Assembly: GCF_902713615.1 (NCBI RefSeq)
Contig: NC_052151.1
Location: 118,764,123-118,828,122, forward strand
Reading direction: 5' to 3'
Source of the DNA: Scyliorhinus canicula
Lineage: Eukaryota
DNA: 64,000 nucleotides
In this document: positions 1-13,463 of the stretch, one piece after another
Numbering within the stretch: position 1 is the stretch's first letter
Layout: each line of letters begins with the position of its first letter
Notes under the pieces: generated by a model
Databases searched by the model: none
Told to the model about the DNA's origin: nothing
Seen by the model: only the letters and a program-made list of their open reading frames with translations
Program-made: the position numbers and the translations under genes

Positions 1-129
1 CAAAAATGTGTTGACCAGAATTTCTTACAATAATCCTGAAGCCTAACCGGTGAATTGTGAAGATTTTGCATGATTGTCTTGTTTTTCTCAATGCCCCTGT
101 TTCCAGAGTTAAGTATGTTTTCTGAGTCT

Positions 130-2095
130 TGTTGGGCTGGGATTTCTTAGAGCAGAGAAGGCTGAGAGTGGACGTGGTTGAGGTGAACACAATTATGAAG
201 CACAGAAGGTAGATAGGAAGAAGCCTTTCCCCTCGGTAGAGTCCAACCAGGGGCATAGATTTATGGATCAGGAGTTTTGGAGGGATTTGAGGAAAAATCT
301 TTTCATCCAGAGGATGTTGGGATTGTGGGTCTCACTGACTGAAAGGGTGATAGAGGCGAGAGCACTCAACATTTAAGAAGCATTTAGATGAGCCATAGTG
401 TACAAGGCTGAGGACCAAGTACTGGAAGATGGGATTAGAATAGATTGGTGCTTGAATGTGCTTGATGGCCAGCACTGTCACGAGGGGCCGAAGGGCGAAA
501 GGCCTCTTTCTTTGTTGTAAAACTCTATGATTTAATGAATAAGAATGTCAGTGACCTTCCTTACAAAACAAGTGATAGCAAATTGTGAGATGTTACAAAA
601 ATCTCCATCTCCAATCTGGAAGGAGCTGACATGGGTTCATGGCCACAGACACCTTCACAGCCTCTGGCCCTGCTCTGTGGCTGCAGTTGCGGCTGGTGCA
701 GGTGGCAGGTTTCAGTGAGAACATTCTTAATGAAATGCAGATGTCATGCGCACTGTTTCTGAGGTTTAAGTAGGAGAATACTCCTTGAAAATCTCGAATG
801 GAAATTTGCCCCATCCATGGTCAGAATCGTTCTTCCCCCTCCCCCTCACCCTCCTCTCTCTCCGAGCTGGTCAGAGCAAACCATTCTCGGCACTTTTGAC
901 AAAAAAGTCTTCCCATGTTCCTAAGTAGGGACAAAATGAATGTCAGCTAAATTTACTGATGACACCAAGATAGGTAGGAAAGTAAGTTGTCAAGATGAGG
1001 TAGAGAGTTTGTAAAGGGATATAGGCCGGTTGGATGCGTGGGTAAAACAAATGGCAGATGGAGTGTAATATGGTAAAATGTGAACTTGTCCAGTTTGGCA
1101 GGAATAGTAATAAAATCTTCATTGTCACACGTAAGGTTACATTAACAGTGCAATGAAGTTACTGTGAAAATCCCCTAGTTGCCACATTCCGGCGCCTGTT
1201 CGGGTACACTGAGGGAGAATTCAGAATGTCCAAATCACATATCAAGCACATCATTCAGGACTTGTGGGAGGAAACCGGAGCACCCGGAGGAAACCCGTGC
1301 AGACATTGGGAGAACATGCAGATCCCGCACAGACAGTGACAGACAGGTCAGAAGTGGAGATGTCTGTTGGTGATTTCACAATGTTCACCACCATTTGTGA
1401 CTCCTCAGATACTGAAGCAGTCCATGTCCAAATGCAACAGGACCTGGAAAATATCCAGGGTTGGAGTGACAAGGGGCAAGTAACATTCATGCCACACAAA
1501 GGCCAGGAAGTGAGCATCCCCAATAAGAGAGATTCTAACCATTGCCCATGACATTCAATGGAACCACGGTCCACAAGGCACAAGTCAAGAATGTGAAGGA
1601 ATACTTTCCCCTTACCTGGATGAATGCAGCTCCAACGACAGTCAAGAAGCTTGACACCATCCAGGACAAAGTAGCCTGCATGATTGGCATCCCTTCCACA
1701 AATATTCAGTCCTTCCACCACCGATGCACAGTAATAGTCGGTGTGTACCATCTACAAAATGAACTGCAGGAACTCACCATGGCATCTTAGATTGCAGCTT
1801 CCAAACCCAAGACCACCACCATCTAAATGGACAAGGGCAGCAGTAACCTGGGAACATCACCACCTGGAAGTTCCCCCTCCAAGTCACTCACCGTTCTGAC
1901 TTGGAAAGATATCATCGTTCCTTCATTGTGACTGGGTCAAAATCCTGGAACTCCCTCCCTAATAGTACAGTGGGTGCACCTACTCCTTATGGGCTGCAGC
2001 AGTTCAAGAAGACAGCTCACCACTACCCTCACAAGGACAATTAGGGATGGCAATAATTGCTGGCTAGCGATGCCCACATCCTGTGAATTAATTAT
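130..2095 (+). mobile_element. Cluster of old CR1-type LINE remnants with a minus-strand SINE at ~1104-1340 (paralog ~39715-41605)
   Basis: KF.DDTKIG motif (~950), QQDLENIQ.WSDKWQVTF.PHKC (~1430), CR1-like 3' end (~480-530). Confidence 0.65.
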
Positions 2096-3944
2096 TTAAA
2101 AATTGGTTATTTTGGTTTTTGGTTCCCCCACAGGGATTGTAACAATGGACAACCAGGAGTTCCCTGCGTACCTGTGTTGTTTGTGAAATCATTGATGGAA
2201 ACTCGGACTGAAATGTGCTGGGCTCATTTTACTTGAGCAAAGATGTCCCTGTAGATGATGCCAGAATGGAGCTAACTTTGTGATAAGTGATATCGACGTG
2301 CAACATTATTTCTATGTTCAATTCCCATTCTGGCTCTGTTCTCAGTCTCCAATGCTCTTCCAATGAAGCTCCAAAGAAACCTGAGAATAGCGCCCCATGA
2401 GCATTTACCATTGGGACTCAATAAGGAGTTCAACATTTTGAGATCAGAATTATTGCTCCTTTTTTGGACAGCAGGAGCTGGTAATAATAGTTCTGTTGCA
2501 ATTTACAGCTCCTCTAGACCCATCTTTTGTTTCTTATCCAATTCCTGTCCCCTTTCAACTTGTACCATTGACCCTTTTATCATTTTAGTCACTTCTGCCT
2601 TCTAACCTATCACAGACTTTTGTTCTGTTCTCCCCTCCTCTCCCCACCACCTTAAAACTTGTTATATTCCTAATGTCTTCCAATTCCCAACAAAAGGTTA
2701 CCGACCTGAAACATTGACTACGGGAGCAATTCTCCCAAATAATTTCTAAGTGTGTCTCTGGTGGGAAATTAGGTCAATTCCTGCCGGGTTGTTTGGCGCA
2801 ATGCAGTTTGTAATCTACCTATTTGGAGGTTGGGGTGAGCTGCACCCTGATTGAGGGACGCAGAGCTGAAGACGCCGGCAGGTCCGGCTCCTCCGAGATC
2901 TGGGCAACATTCATAAAGGAAGATCTTATCTCAGGAAAACTCTCAGCCCCCCACCCCGCCCCATTGCCAGTACCAGCACCCCCCCCTCTCAACCCCCCAC
3001 CCCGCCCCATTGCCAGTACCAGCAACCCCCCGCCCCGGTGAGCTATGGGGCTGGCCAAATACACCATTCCATGTTAGAACTGCCAAGGTGCCAGGGCACT
3101 GCGCTGTCATGTTTCCGACCAGCTGAGGGCTACAATGGTCTCCAAACCCACTCCCATCTGCATGGTCATCACTTTATTTTTTAAAATGACTTTTACTGAG
3201 TTATAAAGCGCGGGCTCAGAGTGTGGACAGGGGCGAACCCCTAATCCAACTCCTTGCCTGCTCCAAAAACCAATTCAAATTCAAATTGAATCCAATTCAT
3301 GGTCCCCACAAGTGAGACAAACCAGATCTGAGCCACAAGGCAGAGCAGATGCTGCTCTTGATCTTGGCCAAAAGGCCGAGAAGCGATATCACTTCTGATC
3401 TCCATCACTCTGGCTACACATTGCAACGACGGGTGGGAGAATTCCAGGAACCAGGAGAATCCGGCTTAAAACAGAACCTGCAGATTTAAATAAGGGTGTT
3501 GGGCACGAACCTGATCACGGCATCTGGAGCGGTCAAGGAACATCGGAAATTGATTGACACCCGGAGCAAGTCCTTTTTCAGGCCTCTCCCGGGATTTTCC
3601 CAACTTCGCAGAATTTGCGCTGGGAGCAATGCGGCTGGAGAATCGCCCCGCTGCTTCTCTACCTGTGCTGCCCAAATATTTCCAGAAGCTTCTGTTCATG
3701 TTGTACATTTAAGAACTGAACTTGTTCATCATTACTGACTTAACTAAATACAAATAACAGACTGATGCTTGAGCAAGATTTCTTCACTTGTGCCAGGCAT
3801 AGGTTGCTGTAAGCACATTAAATCTTGTCGAAGTTATAATTTGTGTTCTGCAATCTTTTCACTTCATGGTCATGCAGAAACTTAAACAGCATTTTGTCTC
3901 CAGCACGAGTCTGTTTAATGCCGTATGTTCATGTTTTTCAGAAC

Positions 3945-4054
3945 ATAGAACATAGAACATAGAACAGTACAGCACAGAACAGGCCCTTCGGCCCTCGATG
4001 TTGTGCCGAGCCATGATCACCCTACTCAAACCCACGCTATACCCGTAACCCAAC
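3945..4054 (-). mobile_element. SINE 3' tail fragment (A-specific)
   Basis: (TTCTATG)n tail; matches 37165-37270. Confidence 0.85.
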
Positions 4055-5223
4055 GGGGAATGGGCAGCATCCAGATATACATCTCAAATGGTCAATTCGG
4101 CTCATTTAAATATGTCGGGGCCCAATTCCCCCGAGGTCCAGGAACTAGCAGCCTGGCCTGGGAGACGTCGCCATGGTGCTGTTTAGCACTGGTCTACAGA
4201 AACGGGGGCCAGGCGTCACGGCACCCGGGGAAGGGGGGGTGGTTCCCCAGGCGATTGGAGACTCATGGGTGGTCGGCGACAGGGCAGGATGTCACCCTGG
4301 CTCTCCCTCTGGCACCCAGACAACTTGGCAGTGCCAGGGCACTCAGGTGCCAGGGTGCCACTGCCAGCATCGGTGCCTGAGGGGGGGGGGGGCATGCCCA
4401 TGAAAGGATGTGTGTACGAAGGGCGGGTATGAATAGATCGCTTAACGGTTGGGGGGGGGGGTTAATGGGGGGGGTCCTGAAATGGAGGTGAGGGGCTTGA
4501 AAGAGGCATTAAAAGGACGGTCCCTAAGCTACCCCATAGCCGAGTGGCCTCATTTGGTTGGGGTGGGGTGGGGGAGAGTGAAATTACGTGTGGGTGGGGG
4601 ATGTGGGGCCCACAAACGGGGTCAGGTCGAACAGCACTTGAGGGTGGGGTGCAGGGGTCTCACAGGCGATCAGTGACCCTACCCAGGCAACTGGCGCTGA
4701 TGCCACCTGGGCACCTTTGCACTACCAGCCTTGCACCCTGACAGTGCCACTTGGCTACCCTGGCACTGCCACCTCATCATCAGCCTGGCACTGCCAGGGT
4801 GCCCAGGTGGTGCTGGCAGGGATATTGCCAGGCCGGCAGTGCCAACGTGCCCAGAAGTAACGCTTTGTTTTTGGTGAGATCATGCTCTAAGTTTGGGTAA
4901 ATACCATTGCGGTTCTCACTGAAACAAACGGTGAGAGATTCTCTGCCAAACTCATCCAAAATGACACGGAGAATTAAAAAAATATATTTTTATTCAGGTT
5001 TCACATTTTATACAATACAAAATAAACACGGCTGTGTAGACCAGATACAATTTACAAAAGCCAAACATTGGAGGGAACCCCCAAGTCCCTACCCCCCCCC
5101 TTACCCATCACCAACTCCCCTGCCCTTTTATATTACTTTACTCAATTTTTACATCTGTACATTGTACAATAGGTGAATGAGACAGTTCGATGTATAGTTT
5201 TGTTACTGTTGGCCATATTATTC

Positions 5224-5506
5224 GCAGCACAGGGGTTAGCACTGTTTCTTCACACTGCCAGGGTCCTGGGTTCAATTCTCAGATTGGGTCACTGTCTATG
5301 CAGAATCTGCACGTTCTCCTCGTGTCTGCGTGATTTTATTCCGGATGCTCGGTTTCCTCCCACAAGTCACGAAAGTCGTGCTTGTTAGGTGAATTAGACA
5401 TCCGGAATTCTCCATCCGTGTAGCGAACAGGTGCCGGAGTGTGGTGACTAGGTAATTGCATTGCAGTGTTAATGTAAGCGTACTTGCGGCACAAATAAAG
5501 ATTATT
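5224..5506 (+). mobile_element. V-SINE (paralogs ~25549-25835 and ~51266-51550)
   Basis: tRNA-like A/B boxes, V-core, tail ..AATAAAGATTATT. Confidence 0.8.
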
Positions 5507-5561
5507 TAATATGGCTTTGTTGGGAGGGTGGGCCTTCTGGCCCCTTCTCGGTCTCTTCCTA

Positions 5562-8500
5562 TTTCTAGCTACCTGTGTGATAGGTAACCAGTGCTACTCA
5601 ATCCTTGGTTGATGGTGGGGTCTTCTCAATCTTGATGAAGAAGACTCTAACTTGTCCAGTTACAATAAAGGTTTATTCAGTAAATGTAACAGCAAGTGCA
5701 TGAGTTCTTTACTTTAACTTTGATACTAATGATAAGGTTAACAAGATCCAACAACAGTAACTATATGTAACTCCACTAACTATCTGTACTATTCTAATAT
5801 TACCCTGATCACAGTGCGCCCGAGAGAGAGAGCGAGTCAGCGAGAGAGAGAGAGAACGAGAGAGAGAGAGCGAGCGAGAGAGAGAGAGAGAGAGAGAGAC
5901 TGAGGGAGACACAGTGTGGTTGCTTTTTGTATCCCTGTAGGTCCGGCCCTCTAGTGATCATGTGGTGCTGCTGATTATACATTGACCCCTTGTGTACATG
6001 CGCATACAGAAATCACTACATCCAGCCTTTTTTCTTGTGTTACATATTTTCTGTATGTTGTAAATAAAATTGAACAAACATAATGGATGCAGTTTTCTTG
6101 AGACAGGTAGACAAATAATGCTGTGTATTATTTGTGATGATATTGATGATTATACAAAGCTAATTAATATCTATGAGTCCAAACTCAATAAAAAAAAGAG
6201 TCTGTGAGTCCAAACGTCATGAATTTATTCGGTTGAGTTGCTTTCTTCTTCTGTTGTTGAAGTGGTGATGTTGATATTGTTATATCTTTGTGAGCATCAT
6301 CAGTGTTCCTGTGTTTAAGTAACCAAGAAGTCAGCAATGAGATGTTTGAACGTTCGAATCACTTTGTTGTCTGATTTATAATTTTTTGTTTTCTATGCTT
6401 GTGGTAGTGATGCTATGTTACATCTTTGTTGTCTGACCTCGACTTTTTCCTGTGCATATGGTATTGATTCTGTATGTCATCTTTGTCATCTGACCTGGAC
6501 TTTTTCTTGTGTTTGTGGTATTGATTCTGTATGTCATCCTTCTTGAAAGCTGGTTTGCTTGTTTGTTGTGGAGCAAATGTGAATTTGTGAGATTCTTTGT
6601 CATGCCATGGCATGTTTGTACTCTTGTCATTGTTTTGCTTCTTGTTGTTTTTGTTGTTCTTGTAGTTTGTGCTGTTGTTGTGCTTCTGGTTTCACTCAAT
6701 GAGTGTTCCGTGTGGACAATTTGAGTAATTGTCACAGTTATTGGCGTCAGTGTCCTTTGTGGTGTCTGTTACATTGAGCGTTCCTTTTGAGAATTGTGAG
6801 ATGTTGTATTGATGTTCGTGACGTCAGTCATTTGTGGTGGATTTGATTGCACTTCTTTGTTTCCTTGATGCCCCTCTGCTGGAGACATTTCCGGTACATT
6901 TCAATCATCTGTGATCTCTTTATGCTCCTCTTCAGGAGATATTTCTGGTTCATTTGAATCACCTTTGATTTCTTGGTGCTCCTCTTCTGGAGTTAAAATC
7001 TTCAAGATTTCAATTGACCTGGTCTCAATGGATCCAAGAGTAGACCTACTCTGTGCGTCTGTGCAGACGAGCTGAGATCTGTCAGTCTCACTGCGACCCT
7101 GCAAACTCTGTATGTCGAGTGTGATCACTTTATCACTGTTTTCACACACAGTGGGTAGACATTCAGTGTCTTCTTGCCAGTTAAATGAGCTGGGTAGACT
7201 TTCATAGTCTGCTGCTGGTCGCTCAGATAAGGTGGATAGACCTTCATAGTTTCCTTCATGCACGATTGTCGCACTTTAATTGTTTCCATTCTGGAGTCTG
7301 TCGCCGTGGAGGCTTGTATCACTCTCTCTGTGGAGTCTTTCATCGCTCTCTCTGTGGAGTCGTGCAGTGTTCTCTCTGTGGAGTCGATTTGTGCTCTTTG
7401 CGTTCCATCGCCTTCTTCTTGGATATTGCTGTCATCCAATGTATCGACGATCATGGTATTGGATTCACCTACCCTGAGAAGATTCGTGTTGAGCTTTTCA
7501 ACCGTGTTGCTGTTGCAATGACCATCAATTCCGAATAGCTCATCCATGTCTGAGCAGTAGTCTTCAATGAACAAATCATCTATTTTCATTTCGGATTTGT
7601 CACTGTTATTTCTATGTCCAATGAGGAACTCATCATCTCAGTAGTAATCATCAATGGACAAATCCTCTCTTTTTACTTTGGATTTGTCATTGTGCTCTCC
7701 TCTTTGGGTGTTGCAAACTGATTGTTCCAGGGTGCTGCGGAGGTAATCTTTAGCTGTGGGTGGAGGCTCGGGCTTCATTCTGTCGTTCGAGGAAATAAAT
7801 GTGTGTTTTGTAGCTTTAAATTTCTTTTTTGCAATTTTCGAGCATTTCCCTTTTAAGTGGGCGTGGTCCAGGTCCTCTGACATCATGACGCTGGTGACGT
7901 AAAGCGAGGAATCGATTGCGCATGTGCCGTCCGAACTTCCTTGACTGTGCGCTCTTTTCGCAACTGCATGCAAGTGTATTTTGCCGTTTTTAAATCTGAG
8001 AAGTGCTCATGTGCGTATTGGTTGGAACGCTCTCGCTCAAGATGGCTGCCAATCAAAAAGTGCTGTTGCATCGAGTGAGATCCTGCCTCTGCCTGGTGGT
8101 AAATTTTGGCGCCGTTTTTTCTTTGCATAAATTGAAGGTACTGATTTATTTTGTGTTCATGCACTACCCACTGTTTAATCGCGATTTCTAGTTTTAGATA
8201 CTGTTGTTGTGAAAGTTTGTTCACTAAATTTTTATCAGATAGTCCGTAAATTAATTGATCTATTATCATCACATCTATGAGATGTCCGAATGCTGCGATG
8301 CCTTCCGTGGTCGAACATTTATCCACATTTTTTTCTCTTGTTTTTTAACCTTATCTAACTAGTTCTGTTAACGCCACTCACCTGGTACCATGTCTAGCTA
8401 CCTGTGTGATAGGTAACTAGTTATACTCAATCCTTGGTTGATGGCAAGATCTTCTGAATCTTGATGAAGGTTCTTGATGAAGTCATCCAGTAACAACAAA

Positions 8501-8783
8501 GGTTTATTGAGTAACTATAACAACAAGTGCATGAGTTCTTTACTTTAACTTTGATTCTAGTGATAAGGTTAACACGATCCAACAACAGTAACTATATGTG
8601 ATTCCACTATATGTACTATTCTAACATTACCCTGATCACAGTGCACCCGAGAGAGAGAGAGACTGAGGGAGACACAATGTGGTTGCTTTTTATCTCCCTG
8701 TTGGTCCGGCCCTCTAGTGATCATGTGGTGCTGCTGATTACACATTAACCCCTTGTGTACATGCACATACAGAGATCACTACA
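5562..8783 (-). mobile_element. Non-autonomous Gypsy-like LTR element, unit A
   Basis: Direct-repeat LTRs 8783-8391 (5') and 6020-5562 (3'); PBS TGGTACCAGG after the 5' LTR; purine tract AAGAAAAAAGG before the 3' LTR; gag remnant IIDQLIYGLSD; no RT/IN motifs. Confidence 0.8.
5821..5899. repeat. (GA)n microsatellite in LTR, length differs between copies
   Basis: Directly visible; paralogs ~26132-26182 and ~51848-51883. Confidence 0.9.
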
Positions 8784-9760
8784 ACCTACTGATTTTTCCC
8801 TTGCTGCTCCCCTTCCTCCCACCTGTATCTGTGGTCCACCAGGCCTCCATAGCACCATTCACACTGGTCTTCCACCTCCGGGAAGAACCTGTTCATGTGG
8901 GTTCTGGTGAGGTGCGCTCACTGCACCACTTTGTACTGCATGAGGATTAGCCTTGTGCAGGAGGTGGTGGAGTTAGCCCTGCTCAGTGCTTCACTCCAGA
9001 GTCCCCACCCTATGTCTGTCCCTAGTTCGTCCTCCCACATCTGTCTTGCTCCATGTAATAGTGTTCTCACCTTCCTAACAGTTGTCCCTAAATGTCCCCA
9101 CAGTTCCCCTTCTCAATACTGTCCACGTCTATCAGTTCCTCCAGCAATGTGTCTATCCGGGCCAGGGGGTACTTCGCCGTCTCCTTGCGGAAAATGTTTT
9201 TCATTTGCAAGTGTTGGAGCTCCTGTCCGTTCGGTAGCTCCAGTCTTCCTGTCAGCTGGTCCAGGGTTGTGAGTCTGTCCCCCATGTAAATGTCCCAAAT
9301 CGCTAGCGTCCCCCCAGCCTGTCTCCACGTCTTAACAATGGCGTCAAGCATGGCTGGTGGGAATTTGTGGTTACGGCATATGTGGGCCATGGTGGACATC
9401 CCGGTTAAGCCGACGTGCTGTCTCATCTCGTTCCAGATTTTAACATGGCTACCACCACTTGGCTGGATGTGTACTTTGCCAGGGTGGTTGGGAGCACTGT
9501 CGTGGCTGGGGCTGGGAGGGTTGTTCCTGTACAGGACGACTCCTCCATTTTCACCCATTCCTTGCTCGGCTCCCTTTCTCACCCCCTCACTCTCTCGGCC
9601 GTGGCTTTGGTGGTATTGCGGGTTCGGAAGGGCTAGGCCTCCCATATTTCTTCTCTGCAGGTGTATTTTTAAGGATTCTTGCCCACACAAACGCCACAAT
9701 CATTTTGTCTAATCCTTGAAAAAAGGCCTTGGGGATGAAGATCGGTTTGGATCTTCTCAA
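8784..9760 (-). mobile_element. Old L1 ORF2 C-terminal fragment (paralogs ~28887-29880 and ~56476-57475)
   Basis: PIFIPKAFF..GGLALPN..WEDELG..L..YKVLHR motifs, homologous to the L1 at 48800-49750. Confidence 0.8.
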
Positions 9761-10189
9761 TGGTATTGAAATTTCAGAGTTAAGATCCTGACCAGTGAGG
9801 TCCTAATTGAGAGAGCTAGGTTACATTTATTCTAGTCTTTGCTGTGACCCTCCCTGGTAACTTGATCTAGATCGTACTATTTATTTCAACGTTTTAACTA
9901 GTTTTGGCCTTTTTAAAAGATTTTGGTATTTGATTGAATTTCAGTCCCCTTCGTAATGATAAAACTGGGACAGCAAACCCTGTGAAGAAGCAGGGATTAA
10001 TTCTGAACTTCCACATTTAACTACGGATGTGCAGATACTGGAAGTTGTGCTATCAGCCTTGCACTGTAGTGGTGCAAATAGTGATATTGTCACTGTTACA
10101 AATTCTAGGCCACTATAGATAAATATATCTAAGAAAGGTGAGGCCATTGCTTTCAATGGATCATATACAGTTTGCATTGCTTTGCCTGT

Positions 10190-11052
10190 TGTTGCTAATT
10201 GTGCTTTTACTTAATTGCTCTGTTTAATAACCTTTTCTCTAGAGTCGCCAGGTATCTTTCTGATACCACCACGAGGTTCAAAGCCAAGTGCTGATCAATA
10301 ACTCAATACACCAGTTAATAAGTTTCAAATCAAAACACATTTATTATACACAGTCAATCACTACTCATGCATACAACTTTACTTACTAGACTATCTCTAA
10401 CACTAAAAGACCTATACATAGCTTTGGAAATGGCCCACCAGGTCAGGGGAACATTGGCCTTTCGTTCGATTCTGAGGCTGCAGGGTGGTATGGACTAGTA
10501 GCGCCTATCTCGTAAGCGTGCATTGACTGGAGACTTACTTGGTTGGTGAAGCTGCTGGGCAGGTCTCTCCTTGTTGAGAGTCACGGTCAAGAGTTGTTTT
10601 GAGCTGCTGAGAGACCCTGCCAAGAAGAACAAATTGAACTTGGAGCTCTGTTTTATAGCCCCCAGCGGTTTCGCACCCTTTTGGGCGGACCCCAGGCCTG
10701 GTCCCAATCAATTCGACCAAGTCCCAATCACTTGAATCGATTTCTCCAATACTGGAGCTGTTCCCTGATCACTGGGCGGTTCCTATGTGTCCGTTGGCCT
10801 TCCTTTGTCCTGGCTCCCGCTGGCGCCAGGGAGTCTGGTTTAGTTCCGATCGTTTCAATGTATCTAATTGTTCCTGGGGAATGCTCATTAGTATGTAGAT
10901 GGTTGCTGGTTTCGGTTCTGTCTGGGGTTTTGCAAGTCTTAATATACAGGAAACCTTGCACCTGCTTGTTTCCCTGTGCCTGACCACTTTTCCCTGTGTT
11001 CTTTGCAGGCCTCCATTTTGGAATCTGGAAGTGGCCAACCGAGGTGGCTACA
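10190..11052 (-). mobile_element. Solo LTR (A; partial in B ~30207-30440; absent in C)
   Basis: TG..CA termini; 4-bp TSD CTGT (right copy CTAT in A, CTGT in B); empty site at C ~57902; minus-strand TATAAAA (~10657) and AATAAA (~10345). Confidence 0.8.
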
Positions 11053-11468
11053 CTATCACTAATTTGTACCAACTGCAATAGATAATTAACCATTGCCAAA
11101 ATCAGTGAAAGGGGAGAGCTTTTATTCTGGTGGGCTGCTCCTCTCAGCCAATTTGATGATCAAATCCTCAGCCAAGTGTGGTGTCAATCTAGATCAGAGC
11201 GGGTTCATTCGCTAGATAGCTCATCTCAGCTCAGAAGATTTATTTAAGAACTCGATTGTAACTTTGGCATTTCTATTTGCTCATCTATCGTTTTGTGGCA
11301 TTGCTGACTAACCATGAATTTGGGATTACCATACCTGAAAAGTTACATTATCTAATGAGTCAATCAAAAAATGACTTAAGATACACAGTGGATAGGCAAC
11401 AATACAAACTCCAGTGAAAATTAAATATTTCAAGTAAAATAATCTTATCCCATTGTGTAGAAAGAGGC

Positions 11469-11868
11469 TGTGGTGTTATTCACCCTTGGGTAACATGGAC
11501 TGCAACTGGAGTCTGTTGTACTTGAAAGTAGACTCCAAACTGATGTTAACAAATTCAATAATGCTTTATTGAATTTGTTAAGCAGTGCACAGTTTGCTAT
11601 GGGTTTACACTCTACTAATCTAAGCATGCTTACTATAATTAACTAGTCAAGACTAGCTCTGAGCCATGTGCAGAAGGTGCTAACTGATATATACACCCTG
11701 ACTGTCACTACAGTTAGCACCAGTGGAAAGAGGCGAAGTGTTGATGCCTTGTGTGTTTTGTAGTGGGAAACCACCTTCTAGTGTTCTGCCTGGTGATTGG
11801 TTGTATTCTGTCCTGTGTGTTATTGGCTGTCACAGCCTGTTTATATACATGAGTGCATATTATGACCA
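11469..11868 (-). mobile_element. Solo LTR shared by all units (B 30852-31246, C 58336-58732)
   Basis: TG..CA termini with AGGC TSD; minus-strand AATAAA. Confidence 0.75.
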
Positions 11869-12302
11869 AGGCCATTCTGCTCATCATGCCTGTGCTACTT
11901 GTTTGAAAGTGCGACCCAGATTGTCCCACTCCAGATTTTCCCCTTAATCCCTTCAATTAACCCCTTGAAGAACATATCCAGTTGCTCTTTCAAAGTTCAG
12001 ATCATACGTTTCAGATTTTACCAAGCATATGTCATTTCCCTACAAGTTCTTGAGCAAACTATTTTAACCTCTATTTTGAATATGTGCACTAGGTCTCTGT
12101 TAAACTTCCTTATGCCCAAGAACAATCCCAGCATCTCCAGTCGCTATGATGTCAGACCAGACATCAACAGAGGCTGGATACTGGACAGAAACCCAATATT
12201 TTATTTTAATTTTGTACAACTGAGTGGAAAAGGATAACTCACTCAAAGAATCATTTCACACAAATAGGGATACGGTATAGTATTAAAATTTCTTTAAAAT
12301 CA

Positions 12303-12588
12303 GTCATAGAATTTACAATGCAGAAGGAGGCCATTCAACCCATCCAAGTCTACGTCGGCTCCTGAAAGAGCATCCTACACAAGCCCACACCTCCACCCTA
12401 GCCCCGTAACCTAGCAATCCCACCTAACGTTTGGACACGACAGAGCAATTTAGCATGACAAATCCACTGAACCTGCACATCTTTGGACTGTGGGAGGAAA
12501 CTGGATCACCCGGAGGAAATCCATGCAGACATGGAGAATGTGCGGAGTCCGCACAGACAGTGACCGAAGCTGGGAACCGAACCAGGTC
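12303..12588 (-). mobile_element. V-SINE with CR1-type tail downstream of ZP3 (paralogs ~31683-31970 and ~59167-59440)
   Basis: V-core and ..TTCTATGA tail; head truncated. Confidence 0.75.
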
Positions 12589-13430
12589 ACAACAATCCCT
12601 CTTGGACTCTCCCTGTTCCTCAATCTCTTCAGGCTCATCTTGTCCCCAATGAAATGGACAGGTTCAGTTGCTCTTGTTCTTCACTCCGTGAGGGAGTTAT
12701 TTCTTGCAGACCCACCCAACCAAATCCTTCAATGCCTCCAATCAGCCTCAATCTTTAATACAGGAAGATTCAACCTCATCTCTTATGCCCCATTCTTCAT
12801 TCTGGCCAATCAGCATCAAGCCTGCTCAGAACAAGATGTCTCCTTTGATGTTTGAATCTTCAATTCCCAAATCCTGATAGGAGAGCTTGAAAGGCAGAAC
12901 AATCAGATCAGAGGTGCCACCGTTCCATTAGCCTCGTTTAACAACCATGCAGTTATCAGATTCCATCTGTACCACTGACCTGCAAACAGTTAGATATCAG
13001 AGACCTGAATGAAGTTCAGGCACCAGATCAGACCATGTCAGTTCTCGACAGTCACACAATGTTCCCCCTCTCGAGAGGGGTGGGGGTGAACACCCTGGGA
13101 ATAGAGTGATCGCCCTCTTCAGGGGGTGGGTGATCTCCTAAGGAGAGAAGAAGACAGCCACACCAGCCAGGCCCAGCTCCACAAGAAGGTCCTAGACCTA
13201 CTCACATCCCCTTCCCCACAATGTGGCCAAACAGGGGTGGGAAGAGAAAGAGGGGGACTGAAATACAGAAAATTAACAGCCCTCACAGAAACAGCCCTTT
13301 CAAATAAGAACCATTCAAGGAGATGTGGTTCTTGCAGCTTTTGGGTGCACAAACCCCAGTCATTATTTCCATGGACTCAGACTAACCAAATACAGAGACC
13401 AATCAGCTCCCAGACACAAGGAATCACTGC

Positions 13431-13463
13431 TTTATTGATAATTCATTTGATCACTGCTTTATT
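13431..13463 (-). terminator. Two tandem polyadenylation signals of ZP3 copy A
   Basis: AATAAA at 13463-13458 and 13436-13431, produced by a 27-bp tandem duplication absent from B and C. Confidence 0.7.

Noticed and set aside
593-814. Short ORF repeated at 40171-40479
   Set aside because: Conservation is explained by recent duplication; no recognisable domain or splice structure.
5224-5300. tRNA-like A/B boxes
   Set aside because: SINE heads followed by a V-core, not tRNA genes.
6420-6540. Regularly spaced 57-bp repeats as a CRISPR-like array
   Set aside because: Eukaryotic tandem repeat without unique spacers or cas genes.
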